DNA of 64,000 nucleotides from Oculina patagonica (taxonomy: Eukaryota), in contig NC_135766.1 in assembly GCF_052425735.1 (NCBI RefSeq), forward strand, positions 6,324,001-6,388,000. Direction: 5' to 3'. The position numbers and the translations under genes are program-made. Position 1 is the first letter of the stretch, and each line of letters opens with the position of its first letter. The notes under the pieces were generated by a model. It had not been told where the DNA came from. It worked only from the letters and a program-made list of their open reading frames with translations, and did no database searches. Below are positions 1-13,722 of the stretch, in pieces.

Positions 1-383
1 AGAAAACACGCAATTTTCTTTGTGTGCTCAATAACTTTTCCCCTGCTCTATGCTGGGATGTTGTATCCTTATCAGGACCATCGCAACACAAAAACTAAAT
101 AACGCAACCAAATCCTTGACCCAGGGCTTCTACCTGAGTTATGAGGCTATATAAATAGCCCTGGGGCGGGGAAGGGGTAATACTTTGGGTCAGTTTTTGC
201 TGGGTTATTTGTGCTGTAGGCATGCATCTTTTAGTACAGTATTGGTAAACATGTCCTGCAATATCGCCCCCAAACCAGTGATGTATAATGGTAATGTCAT
301 TTGCTTCTTACACATTATTAAAACAAGATATTTTTCTTTTAGTATTTATAGGCTTAAGCTAACAAAACGGATCTGTTTCTTAC

Positions 384-677
384 TGCAAGATATTTGCTCT
401 TTTGTTGTGGAGGTAATTTCTGGATCTCCTTTTTGCTCAGAGCTTTCCAGTTTTTTGCGTGAAATCTCTCTCTGCCATCATTTCCTCCAGCGGAACTTTT
501 CTTCTCTATGTTCGGCAGCTTAACACTTGATGACGATTTGTCCTGTGCGGTCCATTGAAAAAGTATAGAAGAAAGAGGTCAATTTATAAACACCGATTTT
601 TTACCATCAGTTTTAACGAAACATTCTACACTTTTTTGATAAATAAACTAGAAAAAGGATCAATTTGAACCTACCAT
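384..677 (-). CDS. 5' part of an LKAAEAR1 (C20orf201)-like gene; ATG-only exon 1 (677-675) and exon 2 (542-384); continues beyond window start
   Basis: Minus strand reads ATG|gtagg, then cgcacag|GAC...GCA|gtaag. The 159-nt phase-0 exon encodes DKSSSSVKLPNIEKKSSAGGNDGRERFHAKNWKALSKKEIQKLPPQQKSKYLA. The 'KNWKxLxxxExxKLxPQQxSxYLA' segment resembles my recollection of LKAAEAR1 N-termini. The diagnostic LKAAEAR motif would lie outside the window. Confidence 0.6.
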
Positions 678-938
678 CGTTTATAGCATAATAACAGTAA
701 ATGGAATGGAATCCAAAAGATTAAAGTTCCATCAAAACTTCTTTACAAACAAAACAACGCGTTCCGCCATCTTTTCCATTTTTTGCGCGAGAAGTTGTCA
801 TGGAAACTAAAAGATTACAGCGATCATCAAGACGAGGCTGTTTACCGCTGGTCAACACGTGAGCGTGCGATACAGAAAGAAACATGGCGGCTTTCTAGAT
901 GTGGTGGAAGTCTTTTGAAGACTTTTACAGCCTTAAAA
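678..938. promoter_or_regulatory. Compact bidirectional promoter and 5'UTRs between the LKAAEAR1-like gene and DCAF13
   Basis: Divergent ATGs only about 260 bp apart. YY1-type motifs point outward on each strand: ccgccatctt at 764-773 (AAGATGGCGG on -) and aacatggcgg at 881-890 (+). The region is locally CpG-rich. Confidence 0.6.
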
Positions 939-3900
939 ATGAAGGTTAAGGTGCTATCCAGGAACCCAGCTGATTACATAAGAGAAAGCAAGTCAGATAT
1001 TCACAAGATTCATCGCAATTTTGATCCATCGTTGCATCCTTTTGAAGCACCGCGGGAGTACACGAGGGCGCTGAACGCGGTCAAGCTCGAACGTGTGTTC
1101 GCTAAACCATTTGTTAGTTCGTTGGACGGGCACACGGATGGCGTGAATTGTATTGCTAGACACCCTAGGAGTTTATCTGTGTTATTATCTGGGTCTTGTG
1201 ATGGAGAGGTGGGTATTTAATAGTACTCATGTTTTGGTCACAAGCTTTAGCGATCACTACACGTGGTAACCTTTAAATAAATAAATAACACTAGTGAATA
1301 ATATAAAAACCGCCATTGTCCAGTTGCAAGGAAATTATATAAATTTTATTTATTTATTGCAATTCTTGGTAATAAAAATGTTGCAGTTAGGAGCCCAAAA
1401 GAGTGACCACTTGTAATTAGCATTCTCAAGTGGTCATCATCCAATCAGAAGCTTAAACAGCTTCCAGTTTTTACTTCTTTTTGGATGAAATCTGCTGGAA
1501 AAACGTAATAAATTAACAGTGGTCACAGTTTTGGGCTCCTTGCCGTTAAAGAAAAAACAAAACAAAACAAAAATACAGAGAAAAATGTGCAGGCAAAAAA
1601 TGCTATGTGACTTATAATGATAGTGATAAAAATGATTAATAGGAGCAACAAAGAACTCAGGGCCACTATGGCTCATCTCATTTACATGTGTCAGAACGCT
1701 TTGTAGAATGAGCATAACACAAGAGTTGCTATTCTTATTAATGACATGCAAATAAGTGGCCCTGTATTCTTTAATTTAGCAGGTGAACTGTCTTTCTTGA
1801 CAAAGGCCTTGAATAAATGATACCCAAAGCTAAACCCCTGGGGGAAAATTGTTACATGAAATCTCCCCCATTTGTTCATTGCCTGTTCATCTCACATCTA
1901 AAGACATTTCAATGTTTTAAACGTCTATGCCAAGGTCCTTCTTTGTTTTAACCCAACATAAACATCCTGAATCCCAGGTGATTGAATTCTGGATCAACAA
2001 GTCTGGGTTCAAGCACTGGCCAGGATCAATTTGTTGTGTTCTTGGGCAAGAAACTCAGATTCACACATCCCCTATCTCCACACAGGAGTATGAGTGTCAA
2101 GAAACTGTTTGTTCATAACACATTAAAGTGCCTATGAAATGAAAATCAAGTTGAACTCATATAAAAGGCCTTTCAAAATGAAGAAAGATGGTGTTTTCAT
2201 TTTTCTGATATCTTTTCTCGTTCCAGAGATGTTAACGATTTTGTATTATGCAAATTAGATAGCTGATGACGTCACAAGTTTGACAGAAATTGGTGTAAAA
2301 ACACAAAATCAGTAATATCTCTGTAAATACTAAAGCAAAGTAAATGAAACTTGGCACCAGTATTGTACCCTAAGAATCACACCACATGGTACATATAATT
2401 ATGTTGCTATGGCAACACTTTTGGTCCCAGTCTTTTTCTTCTTTGAATCAAATATCACGATTTATGGCTTTACAGTGAGAAGTAAATGGTGTCATTCCAA
2501 ACATACGTAATGTGCTCATTGCGGTAGGCACCCAAATGACCCTAAAGATGGAGGATAAGGTTTGGAATGGATCAAAACCCGGGATTGCTATATCCACATG
2601 AAAGAGATCTGGAACCGAGATTGTTGCCATAGCAACATCAAAATATGCAACATGTGGTGTATTTCTTGGGGTACAATACTGGCGCCAAGTTTCAATTATT
2701 TTGCTTAGGTATTTACAGAGATATTACTGATTTTGTGTTTTTACATCAATTTCTGTCAAACTTATGACGTCATCAGTTATCTAATTTGCATAATACAAAA
2801 TCATTAATATCTCTGGAACGAGAAAAGATATCAGAAAAAGGAAAACACCATCTTTCTTCATTTTGAAAGGCCTTTTATATGAGTTCAACTTGATTTTCAT
2901 TTCATAGGCACTTTAAAAGTATCTACCCTTCTCTGACATGTATTGGTATAGACCAGTTGCTATTATTTTAAAAACACAAGGCTTTATAATTTTTAATGCT
3001 GAACATGTTTTAGATTCGCCTGTGGAATTTACCAAGACGAGAATGCCTCAGAACGTTAACAGCACACACTGGTTTTGTCCGTGGCTTATGTGTCAGTCCA
3101 TCTGGGGATTCTTTCATTTCTGTAAGTTTTATTCAGTGCAGTTGTTGTTTAACCCCTTGCCTACCAAGGACTTATATATATGTCCCCTCTGTTGTCACAC
3201 AACGATCGAGGACGTATATATACGTTCTCAGCCAAAGGACACCACTGAAAGCCTGGTTGTTCGCGATGCCTTGAATAAATCATCCCTGGTTGTTGAGAAA
3301 GGTCTGGCACTACTTTTGAAACACCGCTGACCGAATAAAATTGCTTTTTGCTCGGACAATTTACAAAATGGCGGCTCGTGTGCGTGAAGGCAGAATCGAC
3401 ACAGATGAAGCTATTGCTGAAATTTTTGTCAATCGCAACTCTGATGTAAGCGATTTAAGTCACATCGAATTTTAGCCAGTGATTCTGAAGAGTCTGGACA
3501 AAAAGAAGAAGAAGATGGCGAAGAAGAAGCCTCAATCGATCGAAGAAATTGAATCTCCAAGTGCAAATGGTCAAGGAGTTCACCAGGGAGCTGTACGAGG
3601 CAACTGTACAGCGAGAGATTGCGGAAAAAGGAGAGGAATTCATTTTAAATGCTCAATCTAGGTGTACTTTAATATTTTATCTGAAAAGATGTCATTACTT
3701 AGCCAAATTGAGAATCTCATTAAAAATTTAAAATGGCCGCCGGTTGCTTAGTGTGCTTATCTCTGGTATACAAGGGGTTAAGATGTCAGCATTATTGCGC
3801 TGACACCGTACCACGACTAGGTGGTAAATGGCATACAGGGATTTACTGTAGGAGGCATGGTAGCCTCATGGCTTGGCACTAAACTCCAGACTGATAGGTC

Positions 3901-6900
3901 CGGGTTCAAGTCCTGGCCAGGGTCATTGTGCTGTGTTCTTGGGCAAGACACTTTTCTCTTACATTGCCTCCATCCACAAAGGAGTATGAAAGGGTACAAA
4001 CAAATTACATTTTGTTGTTGAAGCTGAAAGATTGTGCTGTGATGGACTAGCATCCCATCCAGACTTAACCTATGACAGGGATGTCGTAGAAATTTCTTGC
4101 ATTTTTCAGCTAAATCATTGTATGTGACTTATGTTTTAAGAAGACAGCTTGTCTTTTGTTAATCACTGACAGCCACTAATTATTGCATCATAGGTTGGTG
4201 ATGATAAGGTTATAAAACAGTGGAACATGGCACAGAGTTTTGATATCAGCTTACAGACTTCACAAGCTCCAATCAACACCATCATTGGCAAGGTATTGTT
4301 TATATTATTTATATGTAGATATTTGAATCATTCCAAGTGTAATATTTAATGGTGGAAACCACCCATTAAGCTCTATGTTAGGTACACAAACACAGAATAA
4401 CATAATGATTGTACCACATGAATGTTCCAACTTATATTTGTGGTAAACAAAGCTTAAAAAGACCATTGCCAGAAACATTATTTTTTAGTTTAAAAAATTA
4501 TATTGCAGATTTTGAATGTATCTAGTACATGGATCCTGATGAAAACAAAAATTAATATTAAATTGATTTCTTTATAAACTGTGTTTAGGATCCCATATAT
4601 TCGAACAAGCAATTAAAAAAAACTGATATATACACTTTAATTTCTTGTAACATGGAACAAAGGTGATAACCCCCACTTTTTGTTGTTGTTGTTGTTTTCT
4701 GTTATACATGTATAGTAACAAGAGAATTCAATTCTACCTAGTGTCCAAATGTCTTTGAATTTTTGAGCAGTTCCAAACTTTGCAAGAGCTATGCAAGCAA
4801 AAGCTCTCTGGAGCATTAAGAGTTTTTTCAGAAGGACTTTGCTGTAGTATTGAGCTCATAATGTTTTTTTTTTTCTGATAAGAATCTCTACCATGGCATT
4901 GATCATCACTGGAGAAATTCTGTGTTTGCAACATGTGGAGAGCAAGTCGATATCTGGGATGAGAACAGAGCTGAGCCTGTCCGGAGCTTCACTTGGGGTG
5001 TGGATACTATCCACAGTGTCAAGTTCAACCCCATAGAGGTATGACTACTTCATGCTTAAATAGCCTATTTTCAAACTGATAGATATAAAACCAAGTTTCG
5101 TGTATGGGTATTCCATGAATCATCAATAAACATTGAGGAACACAAAACAACATTCAAAATACTCTTCTTATAATATGTTAGGCACACATGTAAATCCATA
5201 AACTATAGAACAGATGGGCGCCGAACAGATGTGTAGCTCTCAGTGTAAAAGTTAGTGCAAATAATATCCGATCACAAAAAGCACCAAAGTTAAAACTTTG
5301 TTGGGGTGGTTTATCATATCACATAGGGGAGGGGAGGCACAAAGGGATAACCATATATCTTAACCATGTCATGACCAAAAATTCGAGCAACAGATTACAA
5401 GAATGAAGGGCTTTATCATTTGTGATACAATCAATTGAATTGATACATGTACACTAAGTGATTTCAGTTGCAAGCTTACTGTATACACTGCACAACAGTT
5501 TTCTTGAGAAACTACTCGTTTGATCCAGTAACAAAGTGAATCCACTTAAAATCTTCAAACAGGCCTGTCCACCTGATTTCGTATACGATGGCATGTTTGT
5601 CTAAACCCCTTGCCATTTCATACCCAGACCCATCTTCTCGCCAGCACGGCATCCGATCGTAGCATTATCCTGTATGACATGCGCGGTTCCACTCCACTGC
5701 GCAAGGTTGTCATGGCAATGAGAAGCAACACGATTGCCTGGAACCCACTTGAGGCTTTCGTCTTCACCGCAGCCAATGAGGATTCGAATCTGTATACGTA
5801 TGACATACGTCGCTTCAACCAGCCAATCAACGTGCACATGGATCACGTGTCAGCTGTGCTTGATGTGGATTATTCGCCTACTGGTCAGGAGTTTGTGACA
5901 GGAAGCTTTGATAAAACTATCAGGATTTTTGAGCGGGATTCTGGGCGAAGCAGGTGAAATTTTATTCCCCTGAACGCGTTGAGAAGATGTACATCTTTTG
6001 GAGTTTTTGTTTTAGTGGATTTGAACTCATCTTTGATTTATTTTCGTAGGGAAGTGTACCACACTCGCCGAATGCAGCGTGTGTTCTGTGTGCGATTTAG
6101 CGCAGATTCGACTTACGTTCTGTCTGGAAGTGACGAAACAAATATTAGGTAAGTTAAAAACATTTGAAGGCCAAGCTTAATATAATGTAAAATTATTTTA
6201 GTTTGCTGAGAAATGTAAAGCGCAAGTAGGCAAGTAGTCACAAAAACTTTTATAGTGGCCTATTGCATTTCTTTATCTTATATGATCGAATTGCTGCTGA
6301 AAATCGTTAATTGATTTACAGAATTTGGAAAGCCAATTCTTCACAGAAGCTGGGAGCGGTAAGAATATAGTTGCCGTCTTTCTCCCTTTGTGTTGTTTTG
6401 CATTTTTTTAAACTCAGAACACTTGATCAGTATTTTTCGTCTTTTTGCAGCTGGCTCCACGAGAAAAAGCGGCATTCAGCTACAATGCTAAACTAAAAGA
6501 ACGATTTCAACATCACCCACAATTAAAGAGAATAAAAAGGTGAACTTGCTACTCGGTTAAGTGTTTGAAAAGTTGTTGTCATTTTTCATTCATTTATTCT
6601 TTCTTTCACTGTCAGACTTATTGTTGTTCTTTTTTGAATAAAATAGACATCGTCACGTTCCTAAAGCCGTGTTCAAGGCAGCCAAGGAGAAGAAGATTAT
6701 GCTGGCTTCAATTAAGCAAAAGTATGTACTAAGTATTAACTTTTTTAACGTAAATAATGTGGAAAGGTTTGCTTTTTGATCATTACAAAGGTTTCCTTAG
6801 ACGACACCAATTGCCCAGCGAAAGATGCCGCGAGCATTGTCGAAGTTGTTCCGAAGATTTTCACAGGTATTCCGAACATTCCAATAATGCGCCGAGCAAA

Positions 6901-7393
6901 TCCGAAGACTGTGTAGTACAGTTGAACTTCGATATAACTAATCCCTTTATTATGAAGCCCCTGGTATAACAAACGATACTCTTCAGCCCGGGGCCAAACT
7001 TAATAGCAGTAAAATGTATTGGAGACAGAAGCCCGGTATAACGAGCCCCTGGTACAACGAACACATTTTTTCAGGCACTTCGTTCTATTGAATTTTAGTG
7101 TACATATATGCACATTTACTGCTAATACTCCATCCAGCTAAACACGATGCCCAGTTAAACAATCTCCACAAGATGGAACGGCTTGCTTTATTAAACCTGC
7201 GTACGTTTACTTGCGGTAAAAGGCCTGAGGAAGAATTTTTTCTAAGAAAGATTCACTTTTATATGAACCATGATGATATAACTTTGTGGTTTTTTTTTTT
7301 TTCAGGGAAGAGAACAAGCGACAGCACAGTAAACCTGGAAGCGTACCACGTGTGGCAGAGAGAAAGAAACACGCTATTGCTGTCGTTGAATAA
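939..7393 (+). CDS. DCAF13: DDB1- and CUL4-associated factor 13 (SOF1/WDSOF1; U3 snoRNP WD40 protein), about 448 aa, 10 coding exons
   Basis: Exons 939-1208, 3014-3121, 4194-4292, 4883-5038, 5628-5953, 6050-6148, 6322-6358, 6451-6539, 6647-6721, 7306-7393, all GT-AG and in consistent phase. Hallmark peptides: MKVKVLSRNP, HPFEAPREYTRALNAVKLERVFAKPF, WD repeats, REVYHTRRMQRV, and the Sof1 C-terminal IKRHRHVPK. Confidence 0.97.
1975..2095 (+). mobile_element. tRNA-derived SINE fragment (DCAF13 intron 1)
   Basis: B-box-like gggttcaagcac followed by ggccagg..tgttgtgttcttgggcaaga; clearly related to the copy at 3851-4062. Confidence 0.6.
2123..2916. mobile_element. Non-autonomous Kolobok-like foldback DNA transposon (MITE) in DCAF13 intron 1
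   Basis: Inverted arms of about 300 bp (ttaaagtgcctatgaaatgaaaatcaagttgaactc... / ...gagttcaacttgattttcatttcataggcactttaa). TTAA at both ends with AG...CT termini, as in the Kolobok superfamily. Confidence 0.85.
3149..3781 (+). mobile_element. Internally deleted piggyBac-like element in DCAF13 intron 2
   Basis: TTAA|CCCCTTGcctACCA ... TGGTataCAAGGGG|TTAA (short TIRs, TTAA target duplication). Inside is a degenerate acidic reading MAARVREGRIDTDEAIAEIFVNRNSDVSD.. / SDSEESGQKEEEDGEEE, resembling piggyBac transposase N-termini. Confidence 0.8.
3851..4062 (+). mobile_element. tRNA-derived SINE
   Basis: A-box-like tggtagcctcatgg, B-box gggttcaagtcc, central gtgttcttgggcaagacac...tgcctc..tccac, and tail gatggactagcatcccatccag. 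Confidence 0.7.
6917..7102. mobile_element. Degenerate Tc1/mariner (pogo/Tigger-like) MITE in DCAF13 intron 9
   Basis: TA|CAGTTGAACTTCGATATAAC start, internal ggtataacga-type repeats, and a degenerate inverted end ...gttctattgaattttagtg|TA. Confidence 0.5.
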
Positions 7394-9740
7394 AACACAA
7401 GAAAGACACAACAAAGCCCGCGCTCATTCTTCAAAGAAGAAATGATACCATCTCCAATTATTGTCTGAGCCCACGGATTTCTTCCAAGTGGTTGCCAAGT
7501 AACAGTGACGTCATACTGACGTGACAACATTCAAAGTTCATATGATTGGATGATGAGGTCGGAAACTATTCGTGTTCTTTTACGAGAATTTACCGACTGT
7601 ACGAGCAAGGCGCACGAAGGGGTTACAGTGTTTCGGTCAACGCATGACTTCAGGCTTATTCTAACGTTTTGATTATTTTAAAACAAGTGCAAGGAGTTGA
7701 GTTGAAACAAGGAATGAAACGTTTGGATGAAAAGCGTCGTGTAAGCTGAAACGAGGTGTCTATTTATTGAAGCCGGTTGGCAAGGTATTGTAAGGAAGCG
7801 AAATAGAAGCAAATTTGTTATAAATACAATTCAAAAAAATAGGTTTCCTGGCAGTCTGTTTTGGAAAAGCGCCAATAATTATTGTTGAAATTTCAATAAA
7901 TGCAATATTTTTACTGTGCCTTCTATGAATATTTACTGATTTCTGTTAGCCCAGGGTGTCGGAAATTAATAAAGTGATTTTTTTTCTGAGACAAAATAAA
8001 TCAGGCTTTTTCATAAGATTCAAAAGGTTTACAAATTACTCTGAATTTGCCTAATGAGCGAAAAAAAAAGAGATTAGGAATAAGCCGAGTGCTGTCACTC
8101 CTTATTTATGAGAAGTCGCAGTCGCAGTTTTAAGTTGCAGATTTTTTGTTTTTAATTTGACAGAGAAGATTTATTTGTTTGCAAGAAGCCCCAATTGCAG
8201 TGGATTATCCTGACTTTTGAACGTTTTACATCAATCATAATTATTTTAAAGCTGATGTTTTTCAAGTTCTCCCCCGTTTGCCGGCAATATTCAAAATTGA
8301 ATGGAACTAAATTTCTTAATACCGGAACAACATCGCTCTCAATTGTCAAAGCGACACTTGTGTCTTCTTATTTGTAAAATCCCTCGCATTCAGCTGTATT
8401 GAAATGTTTAGGGAACTTTCGAAAATCTGCAATACTTTCGAAGCCGCGCAAAGCTGGAAGTTTCGGCAATATTTGCGAATTATCGAAATGTGGTTTTAGC
8501 TCGTGGCATTAAACCCTTAATTTTCGAACATTTTTACTGAGAATGTAGGTGCCGTTTAATGACCTCGCAAATTTCGTTTTGGGGGCGAATAAAAGCGCCT
8601 TTTGTGTTGTTTTGGGTAATTTTAACAAACAGCCTTGGTATTATTTGGTTATCTTTGAATATTAATACTCATTGAGTAGATAGATATTCTAGTGTTTCAA
8701 CGTGGCTCCAATTTAAAATCTTCGAAATATCACATAATTACACACAGTTTGCTTAGTATTAATTTATGAGAGAAAAGCAAACAGTAGAAAATTGAAGTTT
8801 ATTTTTGCACGCGCGGCTTGCTTCGGACCCCACATGGTAATCGGCTTGTTCTTATCCTGTTTGTTGTGCAGAGGTAAGTTTTAATATTTGTAGCTGTCAT
8901 CTTAAAGCGATTAGTTTAGTCTAAGTCTCTTGAATGAAGTCAGACGGCATGACATCTAGGCACTCAATCATCCTAGAGCGGCGCAAAACACAAGTCTATA
9001 ATTTATGAGAACAAAACTGATTCCGAAAACCATTGAACAGCATTCTATTTTTAAAACAATTCTTGTCCACAACTGTCGCAGTTTTCACCGATGTCGAATT
9101 AAGTTGGACATTTCGGATGATGCCGCCACCGCGAAACTCTTTAATATCCGCAAAAAGCAACACCTGGTCTATTGACTTGTGCTTCTTGCCATTTGTAAAC
9201 ACGTCCCGCCTATTTTGAGTTATTTTATTGCCACTAATGGGCTAACGCTAGTGGCCAGTTTGTTCTTAATTTTCCACCAACTTGAAACATTGTCAAAGTA
9301 TTAGTGACAGCGAGCATAATAAATTTGGCACGAACTGAAGGAATTGTTTAAAATCTATCCAACAACAAGACAACCGAAATACCGACTTATTGTAAAAAAA
9401 AAACCTTTTATGACGTCTTGCCAGGATTTACATTTTTCTCTGCGGAGTTATACGTCGTCGCCGTTCGATTTTCAGACCACGCTAACCAGGTTTTAACGCC
9501 ATTTATTCAATTCTTTTCTTTTTTTACACTGTAGAACCGAAATTCCAGGAGATCAAGTTTGGTTGAAGTTCTACAGTCAGAATTTTAGGAGAAAAATTGA
9601 GAGTTTCTTGAATTTATGCCCAGCACCAAATACGGGAATAATATAAAGCAATTTAAATGCGCATTCATTTAAATGAGGAAGAACGGAATAAGGTTGTCTT
9701 AAAAACAAATCCTGCTATTTGAGTGGATTCTCCTATCATC

Positions 9741-12700
9741 ATGAAAATCGCAGTGGTTTTCTTCGTATTTGCGTTCTATTTACGCGTTAATACTACGTGT
9801 GCTCGTTGGAGGAGATTTAAGGACGGCAAATTCATCATTGGCGCTCTTTTTCCTGTAACTCAAGGCCCGGAGTGCAAGGTAGTGCGAGGCGAAGGCCTGC
9901 TGTACGCCGAGGCACTGGTCTACACGATCAACATGAACAGCAATGGTGCATTGTCGAACGGTAACACTCTCGGCTACGACATCAGAGATAGTTGTTCCAG
10001 CCCTGCTATCGCGTTGAAAGAAGTTATGGATATACTGGCGACGGGAAAGGACGGTGCATCGTCGGGGAACTTTTCTGAAACTCAACCTGCGGGCAATAGT
10101 TGCGGAGTAGTTGCTTTTGTTGGCCCGGATTTTTCAAACAGTGCAATGGTGACCAGTGGGCTGCTGAGCGCGTATGGAATACCACAGGTAGGCCTGCAAC
10201 TGTGCGCCTTGTTTCTACGAAACTTTTTTTATTCACTTTTGTGTGTTGAAAATTATGTGCAAAGCGTTTATTTTAATTAACGAAAGCGAAGCAGAGGGGA
10301 TTTTGATATGATTATTAAAGAAAGAGTTTCGTATTTCCAGAGCAAAAATTGAAACATGCCATTTTGTAGTTGCATATGGCGATCGGGTTCTAAAATAGTT
10401 TTGGGTTATTTTCGGTTTAAAAAATGTAAGATTTACTTCGGTATGTTGCATGTAATATTTATTGAGAGGTCTTAGATTTTGCTGTCAAAACTATTCTTCG
10501 CGTTTTAGCCTTAGGGAGAATCTGTCGAGACGTGCTCGTTTAGAACTAGTTCGTTTTAACTTTACTGAAATGAGATGTTGAACGATAATGAACACTTCCC
10601 TTAAAAAAAAGCTTTGAGACTGATTCAAAACATGTGGTATTTCCCCGCCGGGTAGAATATCGAATATGGAAAGCCGGATTCGCTGAAGACTGATTGGATG
10701 AATTTATTGATATAAAATGAACAAATATATATTCCGTATTTGAGCTTGTCGAGCAAAACCTAACACATTGTGAAGACAGGATATACTTTGGTTTTATTAG
10801 CGTGGGATCTATGCAAAAAATTCTTCTTCCGGTCTTGATAAAAGATTATCCTAAATCCGTTCTTTAATGGCAATATTTCAACAAGCAAGTTTGCATCTCA
10901 CTTCCTGCAGCTAAGAGACAGAAACACTGTTTTTTTTTTCTTGTTTTGATTTGATTCTGATTTTAAATTAGTCAATTTCGGTTCCGCGTAAATGACGCAG
11001 CGATTTCACAAGGATTTTATGACAACCTTTGTAAGCGCCATTAAATAACTTAAAACTATGAATGATTTTTTTTTCATAAAATCAAACCTTGTTTATTTTA
11101 TTTTCCGTTTTAGGCTTCGTACGTGAGAGGAAAATTGATGCACATTTTTTGTGTGGTTGCTTTAATGAAGGCGGATGTTTTCCGTAGCGATTAGTTGTAC
11201 TAAAATGATCTTATCGTTTTATCCTATAAACATTTTTTAGTATCGTGGGAAGACATAGGCTAATTAGCTGCGATGTGTGTTTTTTTTTTTATCAAATATG
11301 GTTGCAAGTGGTCCAGATTTGAATATTCAGCGGTAATATTTGCGAACATATACATTTTTTGTTGGGGATTTGAAATAAAACAACACATAATGTTGAAGGA
11401 AGCACAAGCGATGTCACAAACGATGACAAATTACCGGGTATTATGGGAACGTTTTCCGAAGGATTAACAAGTATTTTTCAGGATTTTTCTTTCATATTGT
11501 CTTTTAACAACGGGCTATTGGCTGTCATATTCTTTCCGTTTTAGATTCATTAGCCGCTTCCTACAACGATATAAAAAGTTAAGGATATGAAACATTTCCC
11601 GTGGAGAATGCTTGTGGTGCTACAACTTTTTCAAATAAAGAAAAGCAATTTCTTTTTGCAAGAATTATCTTTCAAGAGAAGGGGATATTCTATTTGGACA
11701 TGAAGTTATGTATAATTTTGATATTTTGCTTGTTACTTTTGCTTACAAATTGTAGCTTTGTTTTATATTGTCGTTGTTTGTGTGTTCAGATTAATTTAAA
11801 TGGCTTATTTTGCTGTACAATGGGTTTAAAATCGTTTATCCTTTGTCACATCGGGACGCCAGCGAAACCTTTCAAATGTTGAAAGCCATTTCAGATCCCC
11901 CTGCTGCGTGTAAGCCCTCAAATGGCTTCTTATGTCTTGATGGCTCTTGGAAACGACGAATCTATTGATGCAGTGGGACTTTTCTCTTTTACAAGCCCAA
12001 AAGAAATCTCTTATTCCAATTTGTAAGGCTTTTTTAAAAGGTTGAATTGCAAGAGCTTCGTCAAAACCAACACCATCATAACAATGTTGTAGTTTCTTTT
12101 AAACGAACAACAAATTTTAAACTAATAGAAGGAAACAGAAGCACCAATTTGAAACCATTAAAGTGCTTTTAAAAGTTATGTAATCCCCTCGAAGTCGCTA
12201 TCAAATACCTGATTAGGTTTTTGGTTTTTGCAAATCCTTGATTTTACCCCTTAGTAATCATTCCATCTTTACTGTAAAATTCCCATTATGAGACTTGGGA
12301 TTGTTTTTATTTATAAGGATTTTGTGGTGCCCTTTTTGGGGGGAGGGGAAAGGAAAATGTTCGCACAAAATTGTAAATTGTGTTAAGAATGTGATTTTGC
12401 ATGGTAACTAGGTGACGTAAAAACTGACTGGAAATACGCCCAGCAAACACGATCATCAAAAACATTTCCAAAATAGTCTATCAAGTTAGAATTTCTCTTT
12501 ACTGTAGGAGAATTTTGCCTATGACACAGCTGTCGAGATTATGGAAGGATTCCACGTGATGTTGTCTCGATCTACAACGAAATTGTCACAAAGAAGTAAT
12601 ATAAGCGATATGTGCGGTAACCCTGAGCAAGAATGAAAAATATTGAAAAAGAAAGGTTTGTCCACGAATAGGCGTAGTTGCGAGAAGATGATTGAACGAT

Positions 12701-13689
12701 TTTTAAAACTACGTGGATTTTTATTTTACTTTTTCTATTATCAGTTAAGTATTTCCGGTAAGAATTGCAGAAAGATTTCATAAGATTGGGCTAAGGCTAC
12801 ACAATAAAGAGCTAAGGTTACGCAGCATTGCAGTTCTATATCAAAATCAACTTCACGAAGTGCTATAATTTTTCATAGCCATCATAAGCTGTTTTCTTCT
12901 TTTTTTGTAAAAGACCAATCAAAATATATTTACTTGACTCAATGTTGAAGGTTCTAGAAGCTTTGACGTTTTTAAACTGTTTTTGTTTTTTTCGGCGCTG
13001 GAAGATCCGGTTGGTTGGCAATTTTCCGGTCAGCTTGAAAACAAATATATTGGAAACGTCATTAGTCTGCTCTGTTGTTTTCTTTAATTCAATTTTTTTT
13101 CGTTTTTAAATGAAAAAACCCTTTTCAGTCTTGGAAAAGAATAAAAAGCTATCAATAATTTTCTGTTGTTGTTTTTTATCATTTAATAAATGAACAGTCT
13201 GAACATGTGCCATTAAAGTGTTTGTTTTTTGCAACCAAATCAAAACAATTTCATCTCTGCCGATCAATATTTTTTAAACGGATGGTAGTTCTAGTAACTT
13301 TGGAAAAACCATTCAAATGCATAAAAATGCTATTCAACTTCTCCCTACTTATCAGTGACGTCATAAGACGATTTGGGAGGAATTGAACACCAAGAAGAGA
13401 GAATGTAACAGTTTTGTTTTTACGAATTGTCCATCTCTTTTGAATTAACAATAATAAATGCTTTACGATCCGTTGGAAATAAAAAAAAAAACAGAGAAAG
13501 AAGCACAAATTAGATTTATAAGTGGGGTAACTGTGCCCAAGTTTGTGCGAAATTTGTGAAGCTAAACAAGAAAGTAATGATGAATCGAAATTTTATTGTT
13601 TCAATACCTGCAAACAATTCAAAGCATCCTTTATTTATCTTCCACTTCAGGCTGTTCTTTGCATAGACTTTTCTTTAATTGATTGATTG

Positions 13690-13722
<33 letters not shown>

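Noticed and set aside
185-523. 112-aa + strand ORF
   Set aside because: Antisense shadow of the - strand LKAAEAR1-like exon; TTG start and no recognisable motifs.
783-938. 52-aa N-terminal extension of DCAF13 in the ORF track
   Set aside because: Starts at TTG; the conserved protein begins at MKVKVLSR (ATG 939).
3851-3925. Possible tRNA gene
   Set aside because: A/B boxes are present but there is no proper cloverleaf, and it continues into a SINE body.
6745-7064. Short overlapping ORFs in the last DCAF13 intron
   Set aside because: No homology cues, partly MITE-derived, and the DCAF13 frame is complete without them.
8860-9540. Possible 5'UTR exon and intron of GPCR A (gag|gtaagt at about 8874; ctgtag at about 9534)
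   Set aside because: Plausible splice signals, but they cannot be supported without transcript data.
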